Source: Candidatus Nanohalarchaeota archaeon
GTDB taxonomy: Archaea; Nanohalarchaeota; Nanosalinia; Nanosalinales; Nanosalinaceae
NCBI GenBank assembly: GCA_022729235.1
Contig: JALDAJ010000001.1
Span: forward strand, 544,001 to 608,000
Direction: 5' to 3'
Length of the DNA stretch: 64,000 nt
The translations under genes and the position numbers were made by a program. Positions 9,996-18,978 of this stretch are shown in pieces; positions within the stretch are counted from its first letter, which is position 1, and the number at the start of each line of letters is the position of its first letter. The notes beneath the pieces were generated by a model. That model ran no database searches. It had not been told where the DNA came from and worked only from the letters and a program-made list of their open reading frames with translations.

Positions 9996-10217
9996 TCAGG
10001 GTAATAGGTCTTCAGTATTATCCGAATTAATTCCTTTTCTATCCATATACCATAATCCTGCTCTAGCAGCTATGCCTGCAACGATGAGACTTATAGCAAA
10101 TGTAGGGTCTCCACTAGCATCAAGCTCTCTACCTCTCCAACTTCCTTGTATAAGAACAATACCTAAAATTATAGGAACATAAGTCAGTCTTGTTATAGTG
10201 GTTTTGAGGAAGGACAT
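9996..10217 (-). CDS. Small 2-TM protein in AT-rich islet
   Basis: 73-aa ORF with two hydrophobic stretches. Confidence 0.45.
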   Translation of the reverse strand: MSFLKTTITRLTYVPIILGIVLIQGSWRGRELDASGDPTFAISLIVAGIAARAGLWYMDRKGINSDNTEDLLP

Positions 10218-10400
10218 AGTATTGTTTTGAAGTATGAAAATTATCGCTTAAAAATATTTGTGATGAGGGAGCTATTTTCTATCATAATATGGAGTTTACT
10301 TAGAATTAATAGCTCCAATCATAGTCTATATGAATAATATTTAGCCTCTGAACTTGTACATAGATATTTTGGATTCTAATACAAAATAGTTATCATTCTT

Positions 10401-10682
10401 TCATTTTGAGGTTGCAATCTTTAGTGTAAAAGCTATAGGTAGGATAAAAACGCCTATCATGGAAAAAACAAAGACAGCTATACCTAGATAGATATTAAGG
10501 TGCATGATAAGTCCACTTAACATTGCTAGAGCTATTATAGTCAAATGGTATTTGAAAGCATATTTGGAATGCTTTTTAGCGTATTCGCTTTCACTGATAA
10601 AATATATGGCGGCTGGAAGGATTACAGGAGCAAACCATATTGAAAAATGGCTAAGAATTGAAATCAGTTTTTCATTCTCCAT
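10401..10682 (-). CDS. DUF4870-like small membrane protein
   Basis: LSH.S..FAPVILP..IY.....Y.K.H.K.A..YH pattern; non-acidic, AT-rich. Confidence 0.7.
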   Translation of the reverse strand: MENEKLISILSHFSIWFAPVILPAAIYFISESEYAKKHSKYAFKYHLTIIALAMLSGLIMHLNIYLGIAVFVFSMIGVFILPIAFTLKIATSK

Positions 10683-10772
10683 GAATAATCAGACTTTTTT
10701 CATGATTTAAATAACCTGATTTCTAGCTTCCAGAGTTTTCGAGTTAGAGGTCTTGATACTGGTTAATTTGGT

Positions 10773-10795
10773 TGGCAGGGCTGGGATTTGAACCC
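10773..10795 (-). repeat. Exact 23-bp copy of the tRNA-Pro 3' end (att-like)
   Basis: tggcagggctgggatttgaaccc is identical to 11626-11648. Confidence 0.9.
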
Positions 10796-10871
10796 TTATC
10801 ACGGCTAGGGATGAGTTCCAAGGCGTAGTTATTTATTATTTTATGACATCATTATAAACTGTGATAAACTT

Positions 10872-11117
10872 ATGCCGACTGTCAGTGTAAACATCCCTGA
10901 GAAAATGAAGGAAAAGATGAAGGAACTGAGCGAGGAAGGGATGTATCAGAATGAATCTGAGTACATCCGTGAAGCTCTTAGGAACAAGATCATGTCTGAT
11001 ACTGGTTTGACTCCTGAAGAGGAAGAACTAGTTGTAGAAAGACTTCAAAGAATGGATGAAAGAGAGAAAAAGGGTAAAACTCTGGAAGAGCTGTCCGAGG
11101 AACTTGGTTTAGAATAG
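10872..11117 (+). CDS. Ribbon-helix-helix antitoxin (CopG/ParD-like)
   Basis: MPTVSVNIPEKM...G.Y.NESEYIREALR; abuts the toxin gene. Confidence 0.85.
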   Translation: MPTVSVNIPEKMKEKMKELSEEGMYQNESEYIREALRNKIMSDTGLTPEEEELVVERLQRMDEREKKGKTLEELSEELGLE

Positions 11118-11414
11118 ATGGAGTTAGTTGTAGAGCCTGAAGCTGAAGATGACTTGACGCAGTTTAAAGAAGAGCATCAGCAGTATGTATTGGAGCAGTT
11201 GAAAGAATTGAAACAAAGTCCTACTGGTCATGAAAGTTCTGATACCATCCGTGTTAAGGGAAGACCTGTGTTCAAATATAAGATGAAGGAGGGTGATAGA
11301 GGTGGTAAAGATTTTAGGGCTGTCTACGATATAATTGATAGTGAGGTCCGAGTTGTAGCTATTTTCCATAGAGATACAGGTTATGACAAGGAAGAGCTGT
11401 CTGAAAGGCTTTAA
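11118..11414 (+). CDS. RelE/ParE-family toxin
   Basis: MELVVEPEAEDDL...FRAVYDI....VRVVAIFHR...Y. Confidence 0.85.
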   Translation: MELVVEPEAEDDLTQFKEEHQQYVLEQLKELKQSPTGHESSDTIRVKGRPVFKYKMKEGDRGGKDFRAVYDIIDSEVRVVAIFHRDTGYDKEELSERL

Positions 11415-11500
11415 ACTCGTTTAAGTTATTTATCTATTTCTCTTTGGCGGAAAAAACTAGTTTTTTCTTTTCAGAAGGATTAATAATAGAAAAAATGCGT

Positions 11501-11625
11501 TAGCAGAGCTGGGATTTGAACCCCAGCCGCAAATCGGAGATTTGCTTGACGGCATCAAATCTTGGGCAGGGCCGCGATTTGAACTCACGCGAAAATCGAA
11601 GATTTTCTAAGTGGTTCTAAATCCA
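11501..11625. repeat. Two tandem 62-63 bp units, each a degenerate tRNA-Pro 3' end plus one hairpin
   Basis: Copies start at 11501 and 11564; hairpins GCAAATC-GGA-GATTTGC and GAAAATC-GAA-GATTTTC. Confidence 0.8.
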
Positions 11626-11698
11626 TGGCAGGGCTGGGATTTGAACCCAGGTCCGTACCGCCCCGGGGTACGATGATAGTCCACTACACTACCCCGCC
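11626..11698 (-). tRNA. tRNA-Pro(GGG)
   Basis: GGCGGGG...GTACC-CCGGGGC-GGTAC...CTGGG-TTCAAAT-CCCAG-CCCTGCC-A cloverleaf, 73 nt. Confidence 0.9.
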
Positions 11699-11855
11699 AA
11701 AATCACCTTACGCGATTTTGTGTGGATACAAAAACTCTCGCGAGTTTCGCACCCGCCGAACTTCTGAACTCGAAGACCTAGAGAGTCTTCTGTGACCAGC
11801 AACCTCGGAGAGGTTGCGGAGGTTCGATCATCATAAGGCATTCAAAGAATGCCTT
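11699..11855. repeat. Hairpin-doublet cluster upstream of tRNA-Pro with duplicated tRNA 5' end
   Basis: cccgcc repeated at 11693 and 11752; tgtggatac linker shared with the tRNA-Ser flank; further hairpins at 11769-11819 and 11835-11855. Confidence 0.75.
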
Positions 11856-11911
11856 CCAGTAGGATAGTCGCAGAGTAAAATTTTAAACGTGACCGCGGTC
11901 TTCTCGGATTC

Positions 11912-12295
11912 ATGAGACTCCTCTATATCTGCACCGGTAACTCGTTCAGGAGTCCGGTTGCTGAGGCGTTGACGAGGAAGTACCACCCAGACTGGGAAGT
12001 AGAGTCTGCGGGGACGGATGCTGTTGACCATGTCGCTGAAAATGCGAGGGTCTTGTTAGAGCAAGAAGAGGCTCTAGAATATGTGAAGCCGTCGCCGGAC
12101 CAGGTATCACAGCGAGCCGTCAGTGAGGCGGATTTGATTGTGGTGATGATGCCCTTGCATAAGGACTTCCTGCAGGAGAACTTTGACGCCGATGATAAGA
12201 TCGAGGTCTGGAGCATCGAGGACCCGATAAATCCGGGTGTGGAACCGGAGGAAGCTTTCAGGGAGATAAAGAAGAGAGTTGAGTCGATGGATTAG
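11912..12295 (+). CDS. Low-molecular-weight phosphatase/ArsC-fold protein
   Basis: CTGNSFRS P-loop, SAG, ADLIVVM, WSIEDP. Confidence 0.85.
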   Translation: MRLLYICTGNSFRSPVAEALTRKYHPDWEVESAGTDAVDHVAENARVLLEQEEALEYVKPSPDQVSQRAVSEADLIVVMMPLHKDFLQENFDADDKIEVWSIEDPINPGVEPEEAFREIKKRVESMD

Positions 12296-12302
12296 AGAGT
12301 GC

Positions 12303-14198
12303 TTATCCGAGTTCGGATTTCCCGGGAGGAAGCGCCCGGATAATATAATCCAGGTCTAGTTCATATCCGTCATCGTAGAGATGCGACTGTATTTTTTTCG
12401 CGACCTCTGACTTCTTTTCCTGCCCGGGCTTCAGATCTACTGCTGCAGGGCAGTTTTCTCTAATTGCATCTCCCGGTCCACATATAGGTACGTGGGTGCC
12501 GTTCTCCATCTCATACGGTCCTATAGACGCCTCAACGGATACATTCCTGAGGTACTCCCGATCACCTCTTATGACGAACGCACCTTTCTTCAGGTACTCG
12601 CCCGGCTCCGGCTCCTTCGTGACCTGTTCTGGCTCTACATAGTAAGCTGAGCCGGAGGTTATACCTGCCTTCCAGTTCCTGGAAAATGTCACTGCTGCCG
12701 CAGCCGCTTCTTCGAGTGTTTTCTCATCAGCTTCCTGCCCGTCCTTCACGACAACGCTGGGACCGCCTTCGAAGTCGGCGTGGAAGTAGAAATCGTTTGG
12801 TTCCATGTGTTTCTTGACCAGCATCTCGTTGGTCTGCGCGTCTCTACCGATTAACACAAGATATTCTCCTGAGGAGTAGAACCAGCGGTACTTCTCGAAC
12901 CACTGCTTGGAACGTTTATCGGACTTGTCCTCCATGGATTCTTCGACTTCCACAGTTTCCTTTTCCAGTTCTTCAAGCTTCTTCTCGGTCTCTTCAAGCG
13001 CTTCCCGGGCATTCTCCATCTTTTCCTCGGACGCCTTCGCCTTGTCGTAGTACCGTGATGCTGTCGCTTCAAGGTCTTCGAAAGGTTCTACGCGGATGTT
13101 CATATCGCCGACCTCGACTGTCACGAACTTTTCCTGTTGATTGAATCCTTTGATACGCTCTGCTTCATCATTTTCTGATTCCCTGATTCTTTCCTCGGTC
13201 TCGTCCCAGTCATGTTCTTCGATACCGCTCTCGATGCTATGCTTTATTGATTCCAGTAACTGGTAGTTCTTGTATATCATCTCCGCCTTCTCACGGTTCT
13301 CCTCGCTTGACTTCTCCAGTCCTTCTATCTTTCTCTCCTGCTGTTCCTTCTGTCTCTCCAGTCCCTGTTTTTTCTCCTCATAGACCGCCTGCTTCTTCTG
13401 TTTCTTTTCTTTATGCTCTCTGCGGTAGAAGTATTCGTCCAGTGCTTCTGAGAACGAGTCGAATCCTTCTCTCTCGTGATCGCCGTAATTCTCAAGCGGG
13501 AACGGTGCTGCCCGGACAGGTTTTTCTCCTTCCAGGTACATCACAGGATTGATTTCCGATTTCAGTATCTCGGAGATAACCTCCTTTACCTGATTCTTTT
13601 CCTCTCCTGAGAGATCTGCTACTTCCCTGTCTTTCTCTACACCTGCTCTTGCACAGATCTCTTCGGCGTAAGTCCCTCCGAGCGATAGATCGGATGCAAG
13701 TTTTCTCACGAGTTCACCATCTCCCATCAACTCGAAGTAATCTTCTTCTCGTGGATCGTTCGCGGGCTCCGGCGGGTGGTATTCCTCGCCCACCACTACG
13801 GCTCTATCGGCGTATTCCTCCTGCCTTACTGCACCTATCACTTTTCCGTCATCGATGAGAACTACATTTCCCTTGCCGAACATCTCCGCGACCAGTTTCT
13901 TGTCACCGCTCTCGATTTCCAGTATCCGGTCGAACCCGCGTTGCTCTATCGAGTCAACGCGTCCGAGGTGCTTCCTCAGCTCCATCGCAAATCCAGGTGG
14001 ACGCTCCGGGTTGTCGCGTTTGTACTTCGAGATAAAGGTGTATGAGGGACCGATTATCATCCGTTTCTTCTCGTCGCCCGGCACGTAAATCTCCAGCGTC
14101 AGTTCGTTATCGCGCTGGTACACCTGCTGTACGAAGCCTTCCTCCAGCTCCTTCAGCTCTTCCATCAGGATGGAAAGGTCGAGACTGGTTATCTCCAT
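12303..14198 (-). CDS. rqcH: Ribosome quality-control protein RqcH/NEMF (NFACT family)
   Basis: P.GFAMELRK, FDRI, EMFGKGN, WFEKYRWF, GRDAQTNE, FHAD..G. Confidence 0.92.
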   Translation of the reverse strand: MEITSLDLSILMEELKELEEGFVQQVYQRDNELTLEIYVPGDEKKRMIIGPSYTFISKYKRDNPERPPGFAMELRKHLGRVDSIEQRGFDRILEIESGDKKLVAEMFGKGNVVLIDDGKVIGAVRQEEYADRAVVVGEEYHPPEPANDPREEDYFELMGDGELVRKLASDLSLGGTYAEEICARAGVEKDREVADLSGEEKNQVKEVISEILKSEINPVMYLEGEKPVRAAPFPLENYGDHEREGFDSFSEALDEYFYRREHKEKKQKKQAVYEEKKQGLERQKEQQERKIEGLEKSSEENREKAEMIYKNYQLLESIKHSIESGIEEHDWDETEERIRESENDEAERIKGFNQQEKFVTVEVGDMNIRVEPFEDLEATASRYYDKAKASEEKMENAREALEETEKKLEELEKETVEVEESMEDKSDKRSKQWFEKYRWFYSSGEYLVLIGRDAQTNEMLVKKHMEPNDFYFHADFEGGPSVVVKDGQEADEKTLEEAAAAAVTFSRNWKAGITSGSAYYVEPEQVTKEPEPGEYLKKGAFVIRGDREYLRNVSVEASIGPYEMENGTHVPICGPGDAIRENCPAAVDLKPGQEKKSEVAKKIQSHLYDDGYELDLDYIIRALPPGKSELG

Positions 14199-14246
14199 AG
14201 AAGAAGTTTCGGGGATGAGCTACAAAAACGTAAGTCCGAAAGAAGC

Positions 14247-14783
14247 CTATTCAAACATCTCGATTCCTTCCTGCTGTCCGTCTCTTCCTTTCTGCTCGTT
14301 CTCGTACTGGTGCTTGAACTCGTCCACATCCTCCAGTTCGAAGTACTCCAGGAAGTGGTCGGTCACGTCCAGAATCGCGGTTCTGCCGTCCTTTTCTTTA
14401 CCCACAAAACCGCGTTTGACAAGCTCCTTGATGTGCTGGTATGCCCGGTTACCCCTGATCTCGACTATGTCTGCCTGCTCCACGGGTGCGTTGTAGGCTA
14501 CCAGAGAGAGCGTCCTCAGTTGACCTTCGTTAAGGTCCTGGTGTGGTGCGAGGTGTGATACGTGCTCCAGGTGATCCTTCTTCACTTTAAGTTCGTAGCC
14601 TTCAGGCGTCTCCACGAGCTCCAGTCCGCGGTGATCTTCGTCCAGTTCGTCTTGATACTCGTCTACAAGCATGTCAACGTAACCCATCGACCCGAGATCG
14701 AGTATGTCCGCAATCCGTTCGTTGTCTATCGGCTCGTCCGCGAGAAAAAGTGCTGCCTCTAACCTGGCTTTTTTGTCTTCCAT
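14247..14783 (-). CDS. scpB: Segregation and condensation protein B (kite)
   Basis: LEAALF, TLSLVAYNAPV.Q.DIVEIRG, T..FLEYF; start MEDKK at 14783. Confidence 0.92.
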   Translation of the reverse strand: MEDKKARLEAALFLADEPIDNERIADILDLGSMGYVDMLVDEYQDELDEDHRGLELVETPEGYELKVKKDHLEHVSHLAPHQDLNEGQLRTLSLVAYNAPVEQADIVEIRGNRAYQHIKELVKRGFVGKEKDGRTAILDVTDHFLEYFELEDVDEFKHQYENEQKGRDGQQEGIEMFE

Positions 14784-14814
14784 ATACGATTCTTTGGCTC
14801 TGGTATTGAAAAAC

Positions 14815-15528
14815 CTAGTTGGCAACTTCGTCTTCTGGCTTCACGTGTAGGTCGCCGAGGAACTCTTCCTGTATGCACTGCACTTTCTTGTCGTTTTCCA
14901 GGTGGAGAACGTGCATGAATTTCTCTATCCGCTCCTCATTGCTGTTTTCTTCAAGTAGCCGGGAGAACTCTATCTTATCCTTTGAGGACACCATGTTTCT
15001 TACCCGGGAGAAAAGCGAGTTTATCTTATCATTAAGCGTTTCTTCCTGCATCTCGAACTGCTGGTCTATCTCGTGGCGTTCCTCCTGCCTCTCTTCTCTC
15101 CTCTCCTTGACTTCTAGCGCGTCTTCAAGCGCGCCTTTCAACTCGTCAAGCTCCATCCTGCGTTTTGGTCGTGCCTTGACCGGCATCTCGAGTTCAGGTC
15201 CTGTTTCAAGACCGGGACCTTCATTTTCTTCCTCGAAGACATCATCGAGGTCGCCCTCGAAGTCCATAGGATTCTCCTGTGGTTCTTCCTCCTGTAATGG
15301 GTCTTCTCCGTCGATAGCCATCGACTTCATGTTCAATAATGCGGCGCATATCCTGATGGCACGCGCGGATACAGTTAAGTCTAGCTCCTGTAATTCTTCG
15401 ATGTATTCCCTGTATCGACTTGCCAGGACCGTGATATCGACATTATGCGGGTCCATGTCCCGGGTCAGAAGTTCAAGAGTCTCCTCCCAGGGCTGTTCCT
15501 TCAGTACCTGAGCTTCGTGCTGTTCCAT
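14815..15528 (-). CDS. scpA: Segregation and condensation protein A (kleisin)
   Basis: MDPHNVDI..LA..Y, A.LL.MKS, F..VLHL......C.QEEF.GD; start MEQHE at 15528. Confidence 0.9.
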   Translation of the reverse strand: MEQHEAQVLKEQPWEETLELLTRDMDPHNVDITVLASRYREYIEELQELDLTVSARAIRICAALLNMKSMAIDGEDPLQEEEPQENPMDFEGDLDDVFEEENEGPGLETGPELEMPVKARPKRRMELDELKGALEDALEVKERREERQEERHEIDQQFEMQEETLNDKINSLFSRVRNMVSSKDKIEFSRLLEENSNEERIEKFMHVLHLENDKKVQCIQEEFLGDLHVKPEDEVAN

Positions 15529-15556
15529 TATTTGGGCCCTCCTAGAGACCCTTCCC

Positions 15557-15616
15557 CCGCAAATTCCAAAGGAATTTGCTATAAGGAGCAACGTGTTGCC
15601 ACGATGCTCCGCCGCA
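15557..15616. repeat. 55-bp hairpin doublet flanked by a CCGCA duplication
   Basis: GCAAATTCC-AAA-GGAATTTGC and GGAGCA.CGTG-TTGC-CACG.TGCTCC; ccgca at 15557 and 15612. Confidence 0.6.
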
Positions 15617-15655
15617 TAGCAGAATTGGAGACAGGGATATTTAACTACAGGGGTC

Positions 15656-18190
15656 TTAAGCGTCTAGCTCGATGCTTCTGACCTTCGATACGCCGTCGCG
15701 CATTGATACCCCGTAGGCGCGTTCGGCGTGCCTGACTGTTATGTCGTTGTGGCTGATTACGATGAACTGGTTGTCGTCCGCGTAGTCCTTGAGTAGTTCG
15801 GAAAGTTTTTTGGAGTTGGTCTTGTCCAGCGCCGCATCTATCTCGTCCATGAGGTAGAACGGACTTTCTTCGTACTCCAGAATCGCGAAGACGAAGGCGA
15901 TGGCAGTAAGTGTTTTCTCTCCCCCTGACAGCGCCTGGATGATATGCGGTTCTTTCCCGGGAGGTTGCGCCCTGATCTTCAAGCCTTGCTCGATATCGCC
16001 GCCCTCAAGTACCAGTTCGCCGTTTCCGCCTCCGAATAATCGCTCGAAGATGTCGGTGAACGAGTTCTGTATCTCTTCTAGTGTGTCCATGAAGCAGTCC
16101 TGCTTTTCTTTTTCTATATCCTCTATCATGTCCTCTATCTCCAGCTTCTCCTGCCGTATCTCCGAGACTTTTTCCTTGAACTCCTCGTAGTCTTCCTTCT
16201 TCTCCTTGTATTCTTCTATGGCGCGCATGTTAACCGGTTGAAGGTCGTTCATCTTTCTAACAACCTTCCGCTTCTTTTTCTTCAAATCTTCGGGAGCGGA
16301 GTCGAGACCGGTCATCTCGTCCTCGTCGTAGTCGTATTCTTCCATTTCTTCCTTCACGTTGTCAAGCTCTGCCTTCATGTTCGCCTTTTTCGAGCCGGTA
16401 CCCTCTATCTTGGTCTTCAGTTTTTCTTTCTCGCTGTACTTCTCCTGCCGTTCCTCCCTCAGTTCTGAGAGGTCTTCCCGCAGCTGTTTTTTCTCGTTCT
16501 TCAGTTCTTCGTCGGTGGTCTGGTCCTCTTCTTTCCTTTCCTTCATCCTCTTCAGTTCGGCGATATCCTTCTGCAAGTCCTCTATCCCGTCTTCCAGGTC
16601 TTCTATCTCCTGTTTTTTCTTCTTCGGGTCGAGGTTAGAGGATAGCGATTTCTTCTTTCCACGTTTCCTTTTCTTCTTACCGCCTGTCATCGCCCCGCCC
16701 CGGGACATGATATCGCCGTCTAGTGTCACGACTCTCACACCGTTTATGTCCTTGACCGAGTCCAGGTCTTCCGCGATAAGGGTGTCGGAGAAGACGTAGT
16801 TGATTACTTTCTCGTATTCCGGGTCGTAATTAACGAGTTCGGCGGCGTAGTCTATGACACCTTTTCTTTTCTTCGCCATCTTCGACTTCGCGGACCGGGA
16901 TTTCTCCTTGAGCTTGTCAAGAGGTAGCATTGTCGCGCGCCCGATGTTCTCCCGTTTCAGGTAGTTGATAGCGTCCGTCGCCGCCTCCTTGTTCTCCACC
17001 ACTACGTTGTTCATGCGTCCGCCCGCGGCGGTGTCGATGGCGACCGCGAAACGGTTTTCCGCGGATATCAGGTCTTCGAATGTGCCGTGAATACGGTCGT
17101 CGTCAAGGTTGAGCACCGCGTTAACTGCTTTTGAGCCCCGTGACTTCCGGGACTGCATCTTCTCCAGTTCTTCGATAGTCTCCTCCAGGTCCTCTATCTT
17201 GTCCCTCTTGTTCTCTATCTGTCCTTTCTTCTTCTCTATCTTGTTCTCCAGGTGCTCGATGTCGGTATCTCCGCCCTGTTGTTCCTCGATTTCTTCTATC
17301 CTGTCCTGTTTCTCGTCGATTTCCGAGTCTATCTCCTCCAGCTCGTCTTCAAGCTCTTCTATCCGGTCCTGTTTCTCCGCGGTCTCGGTGTTGATGTTTG
17401 CTAACTGGTTTGACAGTGCGCGCTTCCTGACTTCGAGCACTGATGCCTCGAGCTTTTCCTTCCGCTCCTCCAGTTTCCTGTACTTCAGCGCGAGCTCTTT
17501 CTCTTCTTTCAGTTTCTTCAGGTATTCTTTTTTCTCGTTCAGTAGTATCTCCTGTTCCTGTAAACGCCGTTCAACCTCTTCCAGTTCTTCCTCTGCCTCC
17601 TCTTTCTTCTCGTCGAACTCCGCGACCCCGGAAAGCTCATCGATGACTCTCCGTCTTTCTAGATCACTCTGCTCCACTATCTCCGTGACCTTGCCCTGCC
17701 TTACGAAGTGGTAGCCGTCGGGGTCGATGTTTGCCTTCCTCGATATCTGGTCGATTTTCCTCTTTTTGCAGTTAGAGCCCTGGAACTTGTAAATCGAGCT
17801 CCCTGCCTGCGTCACCTTTCTCGCGACCTTGATCTCGTCAGCTTCCTCGTCTTCTTCCAGGAACTCGTCAAAAAGTCCGGAAGAGTTGTCTAGCGTGATG
17901 GTGACCTTTGCATAATCCGCGGGCTTGCCGTCCTCGCCACCGTTATATATCAGCTGTGTGAGTTTCTCCGCTCTCAGCTGTGAGGAGCGTTTTCCGAATA
18001 CGAAGCTTGTGGCGTCGATTATGTTGGACTTACCAGAGCCATTCTCGCCTATTATAGCAGTCATACCCTGGTAGAACGGTACCGCGGTCTTTCTCTGGAA
18101 TGACTTGAAACCCTTACAAGTTACCTTGTTGATCTGTGTATCGATTGTTCCCTTCTTCTCCTGTTCCTGGACCGTCTCTGCTTCTGCCAT
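15656..18190 (-). CDS. smc: SMC ATPase, short-arm (844 aa)
   Basis: GFKSF, GENGSGKSN, hinge with G.MTGG, VNMRAIEEY, LSGGEK, MDEIDAALD. Confidence 0.95.
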   Translation of the reverse strand: MAEAETVQEQEKKGTIDTQINKVTCKGFKSFQRKTAVPFYQGMTAIIGENGSGKSNIIDATSFVFGKRSSQLRAEKLTQLIYNGGEDGKPADYAKVTITLDNSSGLFDEFLEEDEEADEIKVARKVTQAGSSIYKFQGSNCKKRKIDQISRKANIDPDGYHFVRQGKVTEIVEQSDLERRRVIDELSGVAEFDEKKEEAEEELEEVERRLQEQEILLNEKKEYLKKLKEEKELALKYRKLEERKEKLEASVLEVRKRALSNQLANINTETAEKQDRIEELEDELEEIDSEIDEKQDRIEEIEEQQGGDTDIEHLENKIEKKKGQIENKRDKIEDLEETIEELEKMQSRKSRGSKAVNAVLNLDDDRIHGTFEDLISAENRFAVAIDTAAGGRMNNVVVENKEAATDAINYLKRENIGRATMLPLDKLKEKSRSAKSKMAKKRKGVIDYAAELVNYDPEYEKVINYVFSDTLIAEDLDSVKDINGVRVVTLDGDIMSRGGAMTGGKKKRKRGKKKSLSSNLDPKKKKQEIEDLEDGIEDLQKDIAELKRMKERKEEDQTTDEELKNEKKQLREDLSELREERQEKYSEKEKLKTKIEGTGSKKANMKAELDNVKEEMEEYDYDEDEMTGLDSAPEDLKKKKRKVVRKMNDLQPVNMRAIEEYKEKKEDYEEFKEKVSEIRQEKLEIEDMIEDIEKEKQDCFMDTLEEIQNSFTDIFERLFGGGNGELVLEGGDIEQGLKIRAQPPGKEPHIIQALSGGEKTLTAIAFVFAILEYEESPFYLMDEIDAALDKTNSKKLSELLKDYADDNQFIVISHNDITVRHAERAYGVSMRDGVSKVRSIELDA

Positions 18191-18241
18191 CGTGCAAAGA
18201 TTTTATCGGACTAGAATAAAAAAGACCGGTAAATAGGATTT

Positions 18242-18291
18242 TGTAATACAAATTAGGCGTAAATAGGGATTTTACCTGTTTTTGTATTACA
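18242..18291. repeat. 50-bp element TGTAATACA-N32-TGTATTACA, copy 1
   Basis: Same length and termini as 45154-45203. Confidence 0.75.
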
Positions 18292-18594
18292 TTATTCTGC
18301 TAGTTCGTATCTCTCGTCTGTTACTACTATTTCATCTCCAGGCTCCGCTCCTTCAAGTGAAGGGATTAACGGCTCGCCTTCAGCGAAGCAGCTTTCTGGT
18401 ATAGTTAAAGTCTCTCCTGTTTCTGAAAACTGTACTGCCGAATTTATGCCTTGCTCACATGACTCTATTTGGCTCTGCGTGGCCATTTCTTCTAAATTAC
18501 TTTGAGTAGAGCCCATGAAGAAAATATTGGCTGCTATAAATCCGCCGACCAGTACTATACCAGCTACAAATAAACCGATAATTAACCTTGACAT
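18292..18594 (-). CDS. Small N-terminally anchored (possibly pilin-like) protein
   Basis: Single N-terminal TM, two Cys in an acidic domain. Confidence 0.55.
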   Translation of the reverse strand: MSRLIIGLFVAGIVLVGGFIAANIFFMGSTQSNLEEMATQSQIESCEQGINSAVQFSETGETLTIPESCFAEGEPLIPSLEGAEPGDEIVVTDERYELAE

Positions 18595-18637
18595 GTAATC
18601 AAACATTCTTATCCTGGTTTAAGTACTCTGGCATTGA

Positions 18638-18946
18638 TTATTCGATTTTCCCGACCTCCTCCTTTCTCAGCACGTACCTGACGAACACGAATATCAGCAG
18701 GGCGATTATCAGGAAGTCGATTAATGTGGCGAGGAAGCTTCCGACCCGGAGCTCAATGTTCATGACTGCGAAGGTCCACGCCTCCCACTCCTCTCCCGGT
18801 AGGAACACCTCTATAACAGGCATGATGATGTCGTCCACAGTCGAGCTGACCAAGTCCTGTACCGCGACGCCTATGATAAACGCTATCGCGAGCCCGAGGA
18901 CGCCGTACTCTTCAAGAAACTCCGTGAACTCTTCTACTATTCCCAT
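18638..18946 (-). CDS. mscL: Large-conductance mechanosensitive channel
   Basis: EF.EFL....VLGLAIAFIIG.A..DLV.S.VDDIIMP; GSFL..LIDFLIIA. Confidence 0.9.
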   Translation of the reverse strand: MGIVEEFTEFLEEYGVLGLAIAFIIGVAVQDLVSSTVDDIIMPVIEVFLPGEEWEAWTFAVMNIELRVGSFLATLIDFLIIALLIFVFVRYVLRKEEVGKIE

Positions 18947-18978
18947 GCTAGGGGGTGCCGGGAGCGGTTGAAAACTAT

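Noticed and set aside
11501-11648. CRISPR-like periodicity (23-bp repeats every 62-63 bp)
   Set aside because: The repeats are degenerate copies of the tRNA 3' end, the spacers are hairpins, there are only three units, and no cas genes are in the window.
11912-12295. Thioredoxin-coupled arsenate reductase call
   Set aside because: Only the P-loop Cys is present, resolving cysteines are absent, and no ars genes are adjacent.
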